Assembly (NCBI GenBank): GCA_001643675.2
Contig: LSRY02000047.1
Coordinates: 186,001 to 250,000 of the forward strand
DNA length: 64,000 nt
Source of the DNA: Monocercomonoides exilis PA203
Taxonomy: Eukaryota > Protista > Preaxostyla
Direction of reading: 5' to 3'
Below are positions 63,601-64,000 of this stretch, in pieces; within the stretch, counting starts at the first letter, position 1, and each line of letters begins with the position of its first letter. Both the position numbers and the translations under genes were made by a program. Under the pieces are notes generated by a model. That model worked only from the letters and a program-made list of their open reading frames with translations, searched no databases and was not told the origin of the DNA.

Positions 63601-64000
63601 ACCTGGAAAAGCTCATTGGTATCTCTGGAGGAGAATGAGTGGAGGGGAGAGGAAGAAGAAGAAGAGGAGGAGGAGGAGGAGGATGAAATAGAAGAAGAAA
63701 CAGAAGAAGAAACAGAAGAAGAAACAGAAGAAGAAGAAATAACAGAAGTTAAAGCATTCCTCCTTTCACTTCCTTCAGATATGCCACATTTCGTATGCTC
63801 CAACACAGAATAATCAAGAAGCTTGTCATGAAACGTATCAGAAGGCAGTGCTTTTGACATCAATGCAGCTGTTTGTGCCAAGCAGAGGAGGAGGCAGTGA
63901 TGAGAAGAAAGAAGGAAAGAGGCGAGGGGATATGGAAGCATCGAACCAGATGAAAGGAAGGTGTTAATAGAAGAAGATGAAGAATACGAAGAAGAAGGCG
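39656..64000 (-). CDS. giant HERC-like HECT E3 ubiquitin ligase (>8,000 aa, 5' end beyond the window); single intron 44874-45171 in the window
   Basis: C-terminal HECT (VFFQGEGTIDQGGPYNE, NLFVKTPNG, FLRFVWGR, LPHACTCGFRLDLPIY..KLLFAQRECNTMDGD). SPRY at ~53655-54700 (FYFELSI, FGKGDVVGC, FTLNG, LYPHVSL, VNCGQDPFLF); UBA ~53460-53570; UIM ~58330-58390; CUB-like ~45640-46225; Cys/His fingers ~45520-45610 and ~43830-44270. The splice GA|GTATG..CAG|T joins the two long ORFs in frame, and the frame is open to base 64000. Confidence 0.92.
44928..45030. repeat. (GAAAA)n/(GAAA)n intronic microsatellite (polypyrimidine on the sense strand)
   Basis: Seen directly inside the HECT gene intron. Confidence 0.85.

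Noticed and set aside
39671-63813. Dozens of antisense and alternate-frame ORFs within the HECT gene
   Set aside because: Produced by stop-free (GAA/TCT)n tracts; no independent evidence.

Overview
Eukaryotic genomic DNA with short AT-rich GT-AG introns, the standard genetic code and proteins full of poly-Ser/poly-Glu tracts. Gene style and the 'YHQEHHNLTRLAYxSAW' multigene family point to an oxymonad (Monocercomonoides-like); this is an inference. Three zones: (1) 1-22.2 kb is gene-dense, with a 6-exon PDE6D homolog the ORF track only catches in part, a Pho80-type cyclin, a greatly expanded NPHP4 homolog, a WD40 protein head-to-head with a divergent importin-alpha, and a GDAP2-like macrodomain protein. 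(2) 22.4-38.8 kb is an accessory island. It holds a decayed Merlin/IS1595-type transposase, two GG...CC elements with perfect 8-bp TSDs (both 471 bp once a nested insert is removed), a TA-flanked fold-back MITE nested in one of them, two copies of a ~177-bp AWWT-flanked MITE, four paralogs of the lineage-specific family (one frameshifted, one with an NPF/DPF-repeat tail) and a ~3-kb decayed coding region. (3) 39.7-64 kb is the 3' part of a giant (>8,000 aa) HERC-like HECT E3 ligase with SPRY, UBA, UIM, CUB-like, Zn-finger and a putative ClpS-like N-degron-binding module. All homology calls come from recognising motifs by eye; no searches were run.
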